NCBI GenBank assembly: GCA_951406725.2
Contig: OX597817.1
Span: 133,300,001 to 133,364,000, forward strand
Length of the DNA stretch: 64,000 nucleotides
Source: Octopus vulgaris
Taxonomy: Eukaryota
Direction of reading: 5' to 3'
Below, piece by piece: positions 1-13,343 of this stretch. Below the pieces are notes generated by a model, which did not search any database, had not been told where the DNA came from, and saw only the letters and a program-made list of their open reading frames with translations. The stretch's first letter is position 1. Each line of letters starts with the position of its first letter. A program made the position numbers and the translations under genes.

Positions 1-1320
1 GAAATGGTGAAAGAAAAGACCTGGCGGTTATGTTGCTTGAAGGCCCAGGTGTTGCAGGTGCTGAAGGCCCAGGTGCTGAAAGTGCAGGATCCGGTCGGTC
101 GGTGACATAGCTTGGTGCAAAGTCGCTGTCTGTGAAAATGTTGCGATTAAAATGGCATATTCCTGTAGAAGAAAAGCCAGTAAGAATGTTCGTCGGAGTT
201 GCAGTCAATGGCCATGCAGTTTTGACAATACACGGAATGTCATAAATGATCATGGTCTGGCCAGGATGGTTGATATGCCAGTCGTCAATGGCAGTGTTTG
301 TGTACTTCTTCATTGGTCCCTAGACTGCTTTGCCCAACGGCTGCAACCTGTGTGTGCAGTGAGGTGGGAAAGAAAGCATGGTGATGCCATTGTCTGATGC
401 ATAAGTCAGCCCCTCGATACTAAGGTGGGAATCGTGATTGTCCAGCAAGAGAAGGCACAGTGACTGCTTTGAACATTTCACATTCCTCACAAAGTGTTGA
501 AAAAATTTCACAAACTGCTCCTCACAAATCCAACCAGATGGATTAGCACCTCCATCGCTGCCTGATGATCCATTGTTCAGGAAATGTGGCCTAAAGTTCT
601 TCCGGGGAAAAAACAAAATACGGAGGTATACTGTTTCCAGCGGCATTCACACAGCATACCAATGTGACCAGAGTTCCCCTCCCCGCACTTGTCATTTTCC
701 CCACTTGCTTTGTTTCTTTTCTGGCAATAATTATATCGGGGCGCTGCACAGTTGTTTTGCCAGTTTCATCCATGTTGTAGATATTGAATGGATCAAATTT
801 ATCTCGAAGCATCACTTCAGCAAGCTGGTTGAAAAACATAGCAACATTTGTCTTGTTGAAACTTGCTGCTCGTGCCAAGCTTGTTGCCTGTGGACTTCTT
901 ATGGATAAATTCTTGTGTCGTTGAAGATATCCAGAGAACCAGTCTTCACCTGCCATTTCTGTCTCATGCCAGGTTGGAGGGATATTACATCCATGTGCCT
1001 TTGCCATCTGAAAAGCCAATTTCCGCACATCCTTTGGAGCAAGCCCATAGTAAATTTCTGCGGCAGCCAAAACATAAGCCTCTAAATGATTCTCGAACTC
1101 GTCGGTGAGAACTTGCCGTGGCTTTTTGTATCCACAAAGACTGTGGTCGTTGTTTGCTTCAGCAGCCTTGGTGCAGTAGGGAAACAGAGATTTTAAATAG
1201 ATGCCAATTGTCCTCGAATCTTCATGCAAGGAGATTACACGAGCTCGAACCTGTTGAATAGCCTGTTGGATTACATTCTGTGGAAGGGTTGCCCTCTCGC
1301 TTTTGCGTTTGTCGCACCAT
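1..1320 (-). pseudogene. Frameshifted pogo-family transposase (HTH_psq, CENP-B-type HTH, DDE_1)
   Basis: ORFs 591-1478 and 320-646 give YGL..KDVRKLAFQMA, AGEDWFSGYLQRH, NMDETG, LLLLDNHDSH and FPPHCTHRLQPLG (third catalytic D appears mutated to G). Probable ATG at 1320; frameshifts near 1300, 600 and 325. Confidence 0.85.
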
Positions 1321-1345
1321 GACAATTGTAGATCTAGGTCTATAA

Positions 1346-1377
<32 letters not shown>

Positions 1378-2157
1378 GAGAAAAAATAGCAATTTAGCTC
1401 AAGGCATAATCCAATAGTGAAAGCAAAACGAAGCTCTGAGTGTTTACCTACTTTATAGTTTGAAGCATGCCTGGTCACGGCATAACTTCATGCTTATAAA
1501 TCAGTGGTACAGGTTACAAAGCTGAGGCAGTATACAAGCTGTTGACTAAGTAGGTAGCTGTATGAAGATAGAATAGGTTGGTATAGATAAAGATAGCTGA
1601 TCTAAAACTATAGCAAGCAATACATAAATTACTCAATGAATTGATCCAATGTACCAGACATGAATCAAATAGCAAACACTCTTAGTTAAAATGGGATAGA
1701 CACAGTCTGTGAATCAATGTAAGTAACCTACAACAACTTTATCAAAGGCTGGGGCAAGCTGACATACTGTGTCAATGTTCCCCTGTTTACATGTGTCAAC
1801 TTGCCCGGACCCCATTTCCCTCGTAAATGAAAACACCGAGAGAAAACCACTAGGGTTTCGCAAGAATCCATTTGTATAGGGTCGTGAGAGATATTTTACT
1901 AACTCCTTAAGGTTTAATACACATAATGCAGTCTTAAACAATATCCAAAATAACTAATTGTCAAAAATGTCGAAAATAATTTACCAAGTGGAAAATTCCA
2001 ATGTTGTCCGTGTGTAGCAGACAAACTCTCACAACGGTGACGAAATCAAATGAGGAGGAAGCTTATACTAACAGCACCTCAATGATGTCATTAAATCGTC
2101 CGAAAGTAGTTTCGCATTTTTTCTAGAGAAAATGTGTCAACTTGACCCGGTCTCCCC
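1..2157 (-). mobile_element. pogo/Tigger-like Tc1/mariner DNA transposon (5' part; runs off the window start)
   Basis: Minus-strand terminus TA|GGGGAGACCGGGTCAAGTTGACACAT (TA at 2158-2159), with internal copies of the terminal motif at 1751-1783 and 1791-1813; a transposase relic lies inside. Confidence 0.85.
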
Positions 2158-2159
2158 TA

Positions 2160-2423
2160 CCAATAATTGTTGGAGCTCTGGGAACAGTGTGTAAAAATCT
2201 CGAGAAGTACATGGAACAAATAGGGACTGCAATAAGGGTGGTGCACTTGCAGAAAACAGCACTGCTTGGAACTACTCGAATACTCCGGAATACTCCGGGT
2301 GCTGGAAAATAAGAGGTGTTACCTTAGTTCACTGGTAGTGAACAGCTGACACCGTAGTACATCTATAGCATTAGAAGCTGTGCAAACGCAATAATAATAA
2401 TGATGATGATGATGATGATGATG

Positions 2424-2490
<67 letters not shown>
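2160..2490 (+). mobile_element. 3' end of an R4/Dong-clade RLE non-LTR retrotransposon ending in (TAA)n
   Basis: 2160-2290 translates PIIVGALGTVCKNLEKYMEQIG...LQKTALLGTTRILR, the typical R4/Dong C-terminus; a short 3' UTR and an (AAT/GAT)n array follow at 2389-2490. Confidence 0.8.
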
Positions 2491-2849
2491 AGTGAAGGAG
2501 GAAAATATCTCGCATTGATTTGATGTCAAAATCGTTTCACCATTTAACGCCTCTGTATTTAACTGCAAGGATGACAAGCGAAGTTGATCCCAGTAGAATC
2601 TGAATAGAAAGGACGGAACTAAACGCGGACGATTTATATTTTTTCTCCTCCTTCAGCCATACCCCTCTGCATACCCTCGGATGCACTCACACATTGTCCG
2701 CTGTGCTTTTCAAGCTGAGAACGGCTTTAAAATTACATCTTGAATTAAGACAGTCCAAGGGAGGTAAGTCCCATTAGCAAATTCTCTGCTTTTTATATGT
2801 ACAAATAACCACAGGCACACGCAAAGTAGGCATGCATGCAAGCAAGCGC

Positions 2850-2862
2850 GTGCACACACACA

Positions 2863-2929
<67 letters not shown>

Positions 2930-3250
2930 CGAGGCGAACATACACACTCATACGTACATTTACACACTTACACGTGTGCACACAGATGGGTACACATATA
3001 TTCACGAACATAAAGATGCGCATTAAACGCACACGTGCGCATACCCGAACACACACACACACACACACACACATGTACACACATACATTCATACACACTC
3101 ACATTCCGCACCAAACAGGCGCACACTTCGCACTCGTAACAACAGATGGAGAAGCGGAGAGAGACAGAGTGAGTGAGCGAGTGAGTGAGTGAGTGAGTGA
3201 GTGAGTGAATGAGCGAGTGAGTGAGTGAGCGAGTGAGCGAGTGAATGAGA
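2850..3250. repeat. (CA)n and (GAGT)n compound microsatellite
   Basis: Directly visible. Confidence 0.95.
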
Positions 3251-3353
3251 AGGGACAAAGAAGTGGTGGAAACTCCTATTTTACGGGGAAATAATTATGG
3301 ATATTTGTTGTAACAGTTATGTCCCGTAAATAAATCAATATATATCGTACTAT

Positions 3354-3915
3354 TCCTCAGGAAGTGAATATGTGCCGAGATATCGAAAGGGAGATCTCAC
3401 GGGAGTAAGGGCCGGATGGAAGGCGTTTAATGGCATAAGGGATGTGCTCAAGGGGAGGTTGGACAGGACCACCCGCGCCAACCCCATCAACAGTACAGTT
3501 CTACCTGCAATGTTATAAAGAGAGAAGAGCAGAGACTGGTAACGGCTCAAAGAGCCATGGAAAGGTCAATGCTTGGTATCTCGTTGAGAGAGTACATCAG
3601 TAGCGAGATCATCAGAAAGAAGTCCGGCGTGAGAGATGTCATCGCAGAGTATACACGCAGCAAGTTTAGATGGGCTGGAGACGTCGCCCGGCTCACCGAT
3701 AATCAGTGGACCCGCGCAGTTGTCGAGTGGTACCTGTGCGAGCGGAAACGACCACCCGGAAGGCATCCACGACGGTGGAGTTACCATTTCAGGAGGACGA
3801 TTGGGATCACGTGGATGAGAAAGGCGCGATCCAGAGAGGAGTGGACAGCGTGCTGTGACCAGCGGTGTCAAATGGACGCCCGACGGACTTGTCGGTCAAA
3901 GTGATCATCAAGGTG
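3354..3915 (+). mobile_element. 5'-truncated RTE-clade LINE with a 12-bp TSD
   Basis: Translates RAGWKAFNGIRDVL..STVLPAML, then MERSMLGISLRE..KFRWAGDVARLTDNQWTRAVVEW..KRPPGR.PRRW. Flanked by ATATCG(T/A)ACTAT at 3342-3353 and 3916-3927. Confidence 0.85.
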
Positions 3916-3949
3916 ATATCGAACTATAGATTGATAACGATATTTTGAT

Positions 3950-4153
3950 ACAGTTCTATATTTAAGAGATGTATATTATTTACATTATTTACATTTCACG
4001 GATATTTGTCGTGTTTGTTGTTATCACAACGTTTCGGCTGATATATCCTCCAGCCTTCGTCAGGTGTCTTGGAGAAATTTCGAACCTGGGTTCTCATTCC
4101 TAAGGTATTTTTCGATATTATTAGTTCGATTCCAGGCAGTGACTTGAATAATA

Positions 4154-4223
<70 letters not shown>

Positions 4224-4246
4224 TGATGATGATGATGATGATGATG

Positions 4247-4308
<62 letters not shown>

Positions 4309-4488
4309 GACAACGACAACAACAACATCATCATCATCATCGAAAAATACCTCAGGAATGAGAACCCAGGTTCGAAATTTCCTCAAGACACCTGAAGAAG
4401 GCTGGAGGGTATATCAGCCAAAACACTGTGTTAACAACAAACAAGATGAGGACAAATACCCGTCAAATGTAAAAAAATGTAAATATTG
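3950..4488. mobile_element. Penelope-like inverted pseudo-LTR pair with an (AAT/GAT)n core and a 14-bp TSD
   Basis: Arms at about 3975-4116 and 4339-4486 are reverse complements; AACGATATTTTGAT is repeated at 3936-3949 and 4489-4502; each arm carries a hammerhead-like core. Confidence 0.75.
4025..4066 (-). ncRNA. Minimal type I hammerhead ribozyme motif (PLE type)
   Basis: Minus strand reads CAC-CTGACGA-A-GGCTG(GAGGATATAT)CAGCC-GAAA-CG-TT-GTG. The plus-arm copy (4387-4432) has GAAA changed to AAAA. Confidence 0.6.
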
Positions 4489-4989
4489 AACGATATTTTG
4501 ATTATGCGCAAAATACTTATAGCAGATAAAAGCATGAAAAGAGTCCCTCAAATGCGAGGCAATGGTAACTTGTCTTGTTTCACATCAATTAATTGGGAAC
4601 TGACTTATTAGAAATGTTGCTTAACCCCAGATTTGTTCTGATTAAAGGCAGGTTATTGTTGCTGTTGCTGCTGTTGTTGTGACTGTTGTTAAGCTTTAGA
4701 GTGATCTTAAGTGAACAGATATATAGTCGAAAGCGTTCCAGCCATGACTATTCTGCCTTTTTCTATCATAGATCGTGTGTCTAAAGTGAAATAAACATCA
4801 GAGATGCTGTGCCACATGAAGAAACTTCAGGAGCTACTCAGAGGTTTTGCATGCAAGCTTTTCTAAACAATTGCTAAACCGGAAACCTTTCTGTATAGTC
4901 AGGAGATATCTCAGAGTCATAAGCGCTTCACTCCTTAGTCTTTACGATTCGTCTGAGTTGCGCAGCGAATATTGAACTAGACTTCAGGT

Positions 4990-6015
4990 GCGGCAGGGTT
5001 CCGCTTGCGGTCTCTTATCAACCATAGCTTGTTTCAGTTGCTATACCTATCCCTTGGATTGTTCTTAGATTAAGTGTGATAAGTGGAAATATCACACTTT
5101 TCTGTAAGAAATAGTGCACCGATTTCGCTGAAAAGCCACGGCAGCCAACTTTAATCGGAATGCGGCTGCGTGCCATCGCTTCACAAGGGCCACGTCGACC
5201 AGGTCCTGATATAGATTTGTTGTTGTTGTTGTTGTTAGCTGGAGAGAAATATCGAGTCTGTCCTCTCAGGGCTCTGTGCATTCCACTAAGTTAATTGTTC
5301 TGTACTCCTCGGGTGCAGGAACGTGTCTGGTCGGAGTGATGCTATCGCTATCTCCTTTGGGAAAAACAAGGACCACTTGCATCCCTTAGTCTGAGGCTGA
5401 TCACAAAATAGAAAACAGTTCCTACACCATTGCTTTCATCTTGAGAGTCTTGCCGTCTTTCTTTAGGAATTTGATGCCTTTTGGACGGTGATAGCTGTTG
5501 TTTGTTAGCCTTAAACCTACGCAGGTTAGCCCACATGGCGACTTCTGCAAGGTCCTTGTTATATTTCCAATATTTAACGGTTTTTCTTTAGTGACTTAAA
5601 GATTTAGGTCAAAATGTGGTTCACATTGCTTGCAGGAGTGAGTGGGATTCTTCTTTTTTGCCCCGTTTTAAATGGTTATTTAGGATTGGCAAACGGTCAC
5701 CGACAGCACAAACGAGGAAGAACAATCTTCCCTGGTCAGTGCACCAGAGTTCCTTCCAAGACAGTGGGTAGTTGAGTTCCTGGTCCCATTGTATCCATTG
5801 TCCCTGGTGGGTAAGCCCTGCGGACTTCACCTGGCGATCATCCTCTGTTGAATCACGGATCCTTTGTACTATGTGCTCTCTTTTGCTCCTCCTATTGGTG
5901 TTTTCCATTTTTTGGCGCCGTAGTTGCCAAGTCCAAGCCGCCCTTGACACTCTACTCCGACAATCTCCTAGTCTTTACAGTATATCTCCGCTTCCCGGGG
6001 CTTCCATGCAGTCTA
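4990..6015 (-). mobile_element. Decayed HERO/NeSL-like RLE non-LTR retrotransposon (3' part)
   Basis: ORF 5621-5950 QGQWIQW..LSWKELW..GRLFFLVCAVGDRLP; SLRPD near 5320-5335; ORF 5018-5281 PIKVGCRGF. These match HERO-like RLE C-terminal motifs. Confidence 0.7.
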
Positions 6016-6754
6016 GGGCATAATTTATTTTAAAGTAGTGGGCTGAGATCTATGGTGGTATTTCTTAAACTGAATTCTGAAGAACCCTAAGATTCCTTGA
6101 AAAAAATAGTTCTGTAAGATGAGGTGGTTTTTAAAATGTAAATAAAAATTTAATTTATTTAATTTTAGAGTAATGTCAGAAGCACAAGCCAGTCAGCAGC
6201 CAGTCGATCCTTCCGCCTGCCAGCCTGCCAACCTACCAGCTAACTCACCAGCCAGCCTGTTATTCCGTCAACCAGCACGCCTGCTCGCCAGCCTGCCAGC
6301 TTGCAAACCTACCACCCAGCCCACGAGCCCGGTATTCCGCTAGCCTGCCGACCAACCAGCCGCCCAGTCAATTTGTTCGTTTGCTATACGAATAAACTCT
6401 CACTTGAAAGTAATTTTTATTTCTTTTAATCTCTTTTTAAAATTACGTACTCTATGATTTTGGAAAACCATACAAGACTTCCGAAACAAATTAAGTTTAA
6501 GAACCGTTGATTTAAAGTAAAACTTCGCCCGCAATGGTAGCAGGTCACGTGATAACATTGGCTCGATTTTATATGATTCAGATATTGTTTCCACAGTTAT
6601 GGATCTTCTGAAGGGTTTATAAAAGGAATGATCATTAAAGCTATATTTCAACTTTGTACCAGAGCTGTGGTCCTCAACCGAAGTCCGTATGACCCTTACG
6701 GGTCCATATACGTTTTTTTTTTAAATTCATGAGCTATAAACTGTTTATACGTGT

Positions 6755-6905
6755 AGATGAGTGGTAAGTAGCTTGCTTCCCAACCACATGGTTCAGGGTT
6801 CAGTTCCACTGCGTGGCACCTTGGGCAAGTGTCTTCTACTATAGCCTCAGGTGGACCAAAGCCTTGTGAGTGGATTTCGTAGACGGAAACTGGAAGAAGC
6901 CCGTC

Positions 6906-6945
<40 letters not shown>

Positions 6946-7127
6946 ATCACGTGACCGACCAGGCTATCAGATGTTTCTACACATCACGGATCACAATGCG
7001 CTTCGCATTGTTTCAGCCTTCAAATGGCGCCACCCCGCTGGCTAAGCGAGCAGGTCAATATATATATATATATATATATAGATAGATAGATATAGATAGA
7101 TAGATAGATAGATAGATATATATATAT

Positions 7128-7172
<45 letters not shown>

Positions 7173-7398
7173 AGTATATGTGTGTGTGTATATTATGTAC
7201 TTGTGAGTCTGTGGTTCCCCACCACCACCATCGCTTGAAAACCGATGTTGGTGCGTTTACATCTCCGTACCCTAGCAGTTCAGCAAAAGAGATCGATAGA
7301 ATAAGAACTAAGCTTACAAAATAATAAGTACTGATGTTCCTCTACAGGTGGTGCTCCAGCATGGCCGCAGTCAAAAGACTGAAACAAAAGAATAAAAG
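6755..7398 (+). mobile_element. tRNA-derived octopus SINE (head, internal microsatellite, tail) with another repeat fragment nested at about 6938-7057
   Basis: A-box-like GTGGTAAG, B-box-like GGTTCAGTTCC, GGCACCTTGGGCAAGTGTCTT core and tail ...CCAGCATGGCCGCAGTCAAAAGACTGAAAC; the same family recurs at 14.6-15.9 kb and 62.1-62.5 kb. Confidence 0.75.
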
Positions 7399-7679
7399 TC
7401 ATTCATTGAAAATTAATAATTTCAAATTCATTTCAAATTCATTTCAACATTCTTGAGAGAAATGATAGATGTATCGGAGACTGAACAGCTGCAACTTTTT
7501 TCAGTTTGCGTCTGAAGCAGCGTTGAATAAAATATATTTGTGCAAAGTTATATTTGATAAGCTCGAGTATAAACGGACATGAGGAGACCTTCCGCCGAGG
7601 GAAAAGTGTCTGGAGAAAGTTCTTCTCCAAAGCGACATGGGTACTGGAGTAAAGAGACTTTCAGTTGTAATATATATAT

Positions 7680-8488
<809 letters not shown>

Positions 8489-8489
8489 A

Positions 8490-9558
8490 TCTATATATAT
8501 AAAATAAGCTCTGGGTCAAAATTGTGTGCACGTTTTGCTACGTCAGAGGTTGGCGGCCACACCAGTGGTCAGATCGAGCTGAAAATTGACACAGGCATAG
8601 AAGGCGTGATGAGGCAGAGAGTTGAGTAGGTTAAAACTCACCATCTGGAAAGATGCGGTTGCTATGGTGAGAAGATTCAAGGGGCCTTTAAGCCCCTCCA
8701 GATTGGCGCGATTGGCATCTAACCCTATCTATAATGAAGAAGGCGAACGTTCATACAAATTGGATTTTTATGTAAAAAGAGGTCTAAATGGGGTTGGAAG
8801 GGGATTAAAATTTACAGGAGGGGGTAACTTGAGCTGAGAAATTGAATGGGAGACTTTTAGGGCGCTACAGGAATTGCTTTGCTTGAAATGGGGGATTTTA
8901 TTGATTTTTTGGGACACTTGGTGGTCTAGATCGGACACTTTTTGCCCGATTTCAATCAAATTTTCAACATAGTAAGGTGGAGGCGGATTTGTAATTCAAG
9001 CGCAGAAAATAGGTTCGAAATTTTGAAAATTAAGGCAAGATTTTTTAAGTTGAAAATTTTTTCTCATTTTTACGTATTTTTGCCTTTTATTTTTTATTGT
9101 TTACAGTTTTCATTTTCTCTGAAAGAAATTTACAGCTGCATGAAGCCCGCGTTTAGAGCTTTCATTTGGATGGCCAATCGTCGAAAAATTCCCAAAATAA
9201 GTACTAAATTTAACAAAGAAATCCCTTTTTTCCTTATTTTTAATCGCTCAAATAGTAGCAAGTACAAAAGGTAAGTGTGCTTTCCGTTGTCACTGATAAT
9301 TCCTGATATTTATGATTGATCTTTCAAAATATTTTCTTTCTCGTCTTTTGTATTTTATAAATGGGAGAGAGATAGATAAAGATAAAGATTAAGAGAAAGC
9401 GAGGGAGAGTCCGAGAGAAATGAAGAGTAAGGGAGTGGGAAAGTGAGAATGGAGAGAGAAACAAAGAGGGAGAATGTAGCAATAAGAAACAGAAAGGAAG
9501 CAACAGAAAGTAACAACCACACCCTCACCTGCGCTTAGAGCGGGTCACCTTAAGCTAG
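8490..9558 (+). mobile_element. Non-autonomous Helitron
   Basis: A|TCTATATATATAAAA 5' end (8489/8490); subterminal hairpin CCTGCGC-TTAGA-GCGGG; 3' CTAG|T at 9555-9559; no TSD. Confidence 0.7.
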
Positions 9559-9706
9559 TATATATATGTATATATATGTAAATCTACTACTTGATTTCAG
9601 CACGACGTGTATTTATAGTGAATGTATAATGAAATGTGGAATTTGACAATCTAATCTCTGTCCTCAACATATTGGCATAGAAATAACTTTTCTTTTGCCC
9701 TTGTTT

Positions 9707-9792
<86 letters not shown>

Positions 9793-10094
9793 ATATATGT
9801 ATGTATATATATACAAAAACTATATTATCCATTGTGTATGTGTATATATATATATAGTATGTATGTATGTATGTATGTATGTATATATAACAAAAACTTC
9901 TTATCCATTTATATATATACATACACACATACATATATACACATACATACATACATACACATGTATATACATGTATATATGTATGTATGTGTGTGTGAAT
10001 GTATGTATTTATGTATGTATGTATGTATGTATGTATGTATGCATGTATGTGTGTATGTATGTATGTATGTATGTATGTATATGTATGCATGTCC

Positions 10095-10998
10095 TTATTC
10101 AAGATTTCTTCTCAATAGAGAAAGAGCCGGTTTCTAACCTATGTCCAAGGCTCCTTCACAGGAATTTCAACAACAAGGACAGGGTATTTTTGTTTGTATG
10201 TATGTATATGTGCAGATTTGTATGCTTTGTTTTATGTATGTATTTTCCTGCATATAATTGCATATCTTGATGTACTCGAATATATTTAAATGATAAACTT
10301 CTGGAAAGTTTTACAGATTTTTAGTTCCAGTGATGGATTGGATCTCTTTGAGAAGCCTAATTTCTCAAGATTGGTATTAAGGTGGTGTATTACATATCCC
10401 AGGGCCCCAATAATTACAGGTATTAACCTGAGCTTGTAATCTGGATAGAATAACTGCAGATTTCTCAATAGTTCAGCGTAGGTGTTCTCGTTTTCACTGA
10501 TCTTCAGCTTTATGTTAACATCCGCTTGACAGCTAATTTCCACTACTGTGCAGAATTTCTCTTCTCTATTCCAAATCATTATATCAGGTCTGTTGTGCTT
10601 ACATTTTATTGAGGTCTTCACTGAGACATTCCACCTGTACTCCTTTTCATTATGAGTAGCTATGGATTCTACCTTATTGTAGGCTCTTATTTCTTTCTCC
10701 TCGGTGTTATACTTCTGACGGATTTCATTATAATGTATCCTAGCTACATCATGTCTCATCAGTAGATTATACCCTGATGACATTTTCAGACAAGTGCTTA
10801 TGATGTCATCACAAAGTCTGCATCAGTTGTCACATCTTACTGCTTTTCCTGCATCACTATCCCTTTTGTGTATCAAGTTGATAATATTTCCTGTTCCTGA
10901 ATTGCAAATGCATACCCTTCAAAGTGGGAGATAGTAATCCGGTTATTGGTTCACAGCAATGGTTTGGATCTCAAGTGTCCAGTCAAGAGTAGCCCAAA
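10095..10998 (-). mobile_element. R4/Dong-clade RLE retrotransposon, internally deleted, embedded in (CATA)n
   Basis: FEGYAFAIQEQ, CRLC zinc-knuckle remnant, and ORF 10286-10783 RHD..HNRPDIMIW..VVEISC..IPVIIGALG..KICKTFQKF; (TATG)n on both sides. Confidence 0.85.
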
Positions 10999-11067
10999 TG
11001 TATGTATGTATGTATATATGTATGTATGTATATATGTATGTATGCATGTAGGTATGTATGTATGTAT

Positions 11068-11313
11068 TTTTGAGCAAGACACTTTATTTCACATTGCTCC
11101 ATTTCACTCAGCTGTAGAAATGAGTTGTGATGTCACAGGTGCCAAGCTGTATCGGCCTTTGCCTTATCCCTTGGATAACACTGGTGGCGTGGAGAGAGGC
11201 TGGTATGCATGGGCGACTGCTGGTCTTCCATTAACAACCTTGACCGGACTTGTGCCTGGGAGGGTAACCTTCTAGGTGCAATCCTATGGTCAGTCATGAC
11301 CAAAGGGGGTCTC
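11068..11313 (+). mobile_element. 5'-truncated SINE with a CORE-like body
   Basis: Begins TTGAGCAAGACACTTTATTTCACATTGCTCC..CACTCAGCTG, a CORE-SINE-like motif; GC-richer body ends GACCAAAGGGGGTCTC. Confidence 0.55.
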
Positions 11314-11792
11314 AGCAAGTCCATGATGATCAATGCTGCTATCATCTCAGAGTTTTCTACTAACATATCCATATCTTCTGCTCATAGAGACTCATCCTTT
11401 CATCTGATGATACGTTGCGGTAGAATCGTGCCAATTCTTTGAGCATGTATTCTAGGTTATCAGACAAGGAATGTTGCACTATAATACATGCCATTGATGC
11501 TTAGTGATGAAAACCTTGTTCAAGGGATGGGGCAGAAAATGCGAGCTTTGCATCACTAAAAAATTAAACATTATTACATCAAAAGCGAATCCTTTAGATA
11601 TTAGGAATGAAAACTACATATTTATAAGCAACATTTAACACTCCAAAATTTCAAGTCATCGACCTTGTTTTCATTTTAGGTAATGGCGGTCTATGTCACT
11701 GTTTATGTGGAGATTATGTGTGCTTGTAAGTATTTTCAGGGTTTTCACAGCAATGGTTTGGATCTCAAGTGTCCAGTCTAGAGTAGCCCAAA
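11314..11792 (-). mobile_element. Probable 5' portion of the same R4/Dong family
   Basis: Shares the (CATA)n-TTTGGGCTACTC..CCATTGCTGTGAA junction (11744-11792) with 10950-10998. Confidence 0.45.
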
Positions 11793-12071
11793 TGTATGTA
11801 TGTATGTATGTATATATGTATGTATGCATGTATGTATGTATTTAAAACAAGTATGTCAGTGTTTGTCCCCCATCATCGATTGATAACCGATGTTGGTGTT
11901 TTATGATTCTCTTAGCTTAGTGGTCAGCAAAGAGACCTTCCATATAACAGACTTGTCTATTGTTGAAAGATCTCTCTCTCTCTCACGCTCACAAACACAC
12001 ACACACGCACACACACACACACACACACACATACGCACATACACATACACACATACACATATATATACATA

Positions 12072-12310
12072 ACGGGAAGCTTTATGAAAATAAACAAAAG
12101 ACGAAGGCAGGTGGAAAACAAACGAACAATTGTATTAGTATGGCGCTCAGGAAATATAAATAAAACAAGTCTTTAACGTTTCAGGCCTACGCTCTTCAAC
12201 AGAAAGATACACAGAGAGAGAAAAACACAGAAAGAAGGAGAGAAAAAAAAAATGCGTGCAGTAGCTAACGAATCAACATGGCGATCTGATTTCGGCCAGA
12301 GGTCAAAGAG
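12072..12310 (-). mobile_element. Penelope-derived short element with a degenerate minimal hammerhead (12170-12207)
   Basis: Minus strand reads TCTTT-CTGTTGA-A-GAG(CGTAGG)CCT-GAAA-CG-TT-AAAGA; homologous to 32360-32532. Confidence 0.55.
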
Positions 12311-12695
12311 CAACATTTAACACTCCAAAATTTCAAGCACGACCTCCCAGCTACTTTATACCCACTACAACCTAAAAATGCATAGTGCAAGTATGATTAT
12401 GTGAGCCTCTGTGTGTGTGTGCGTGCGTGTATGCGAGTGTGTGTGTGTATGTGTGCGTGTGTGTGTGTGTGTGTATGAGCATGCACGTACAATCCATATT
12501 TTATAACTTTTTAATTTAAAACAAGGAGGATAAAAATCCTAGAGTTGTTTCCCTTGAAACGTATATTTATTTATTTACATCTAAATCTCGCTCTTTTTCA
12601 TGATTCTATAGCGTTCTCATCCAACAACCTTCCATATAACAGACTTGTCAATTGTTGAAAGATCTCTCTCTCTCACGCACACAAACACACACACG

Positions 12696-12745
<50 letters not shown>

Positions 12746-12794
12746 TACATACACATATACATACATACATACATATTTTCATGCTTATACACGA

Positions 12795-13080
12795 ATTCAT
12801 ATTCATACCAATGATAATTGGAGCACAAGGCTTTGTTAGTAAATACTTAAAGGAGAGTCTGGATAAACTGGTATTTTCAGAAAGAGAAATCGACCGGCTG
12901 ACTTACATTACAAGTGCAGTCTGTGAGTGGAACACTAAAATATGCAAGACTTTTCTCAAGTTCCAAATGTAAATTTGTCTCTCTTAACTACATCCCAAAG
13001 ATTGAGCCTTGTCTCTTTGTTGGAAACCGGCTCCCTCCTCAGTGGAAGATTTATAATAAAAAAAGTAGAAGAGACAAATA
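12795..13080 (+). mobile_element. 3' end of an R4/Dong RLE retrotransposon running into (CATA)n
   Basis: IPMIIGAQGFVSKYLKESLDKLVFS..KICKTFLKFQM*; 3' UTR motif GAAACCGGCTC is shared with the 10.1-kb copy; (CATA)n at 13078-13505. Confidence 0.8.
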
Positions 13081-13230
13081 CATACATACATACAAGCATA
13101 ATACATACATACATACATACATACATACATACATACATACATACATACATACATACATACATACATACATACATACATACATACATACACACACACATAC
13201 ATACATACATACATACATACATACATACAA

Positions 13231-13263
<33 letters not shown>

Positions 13264-13307
13264 CATACATACACACATACATACATACATACATACACAC
13301 ACATACA

Positions 13308-13343
<36 letters not shown>

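Noticed and set aside
6187-6370. GC-rich island resembling an exon or promoter
   Set aside because: Degenerate (GCCA/GCCT)n simple repeat with no supportable ORF.
6755-6830. tRNA gene
   Set aside because: A/B boxes are present but there is no cloverleaf; it continues into a multicopy SINE body.
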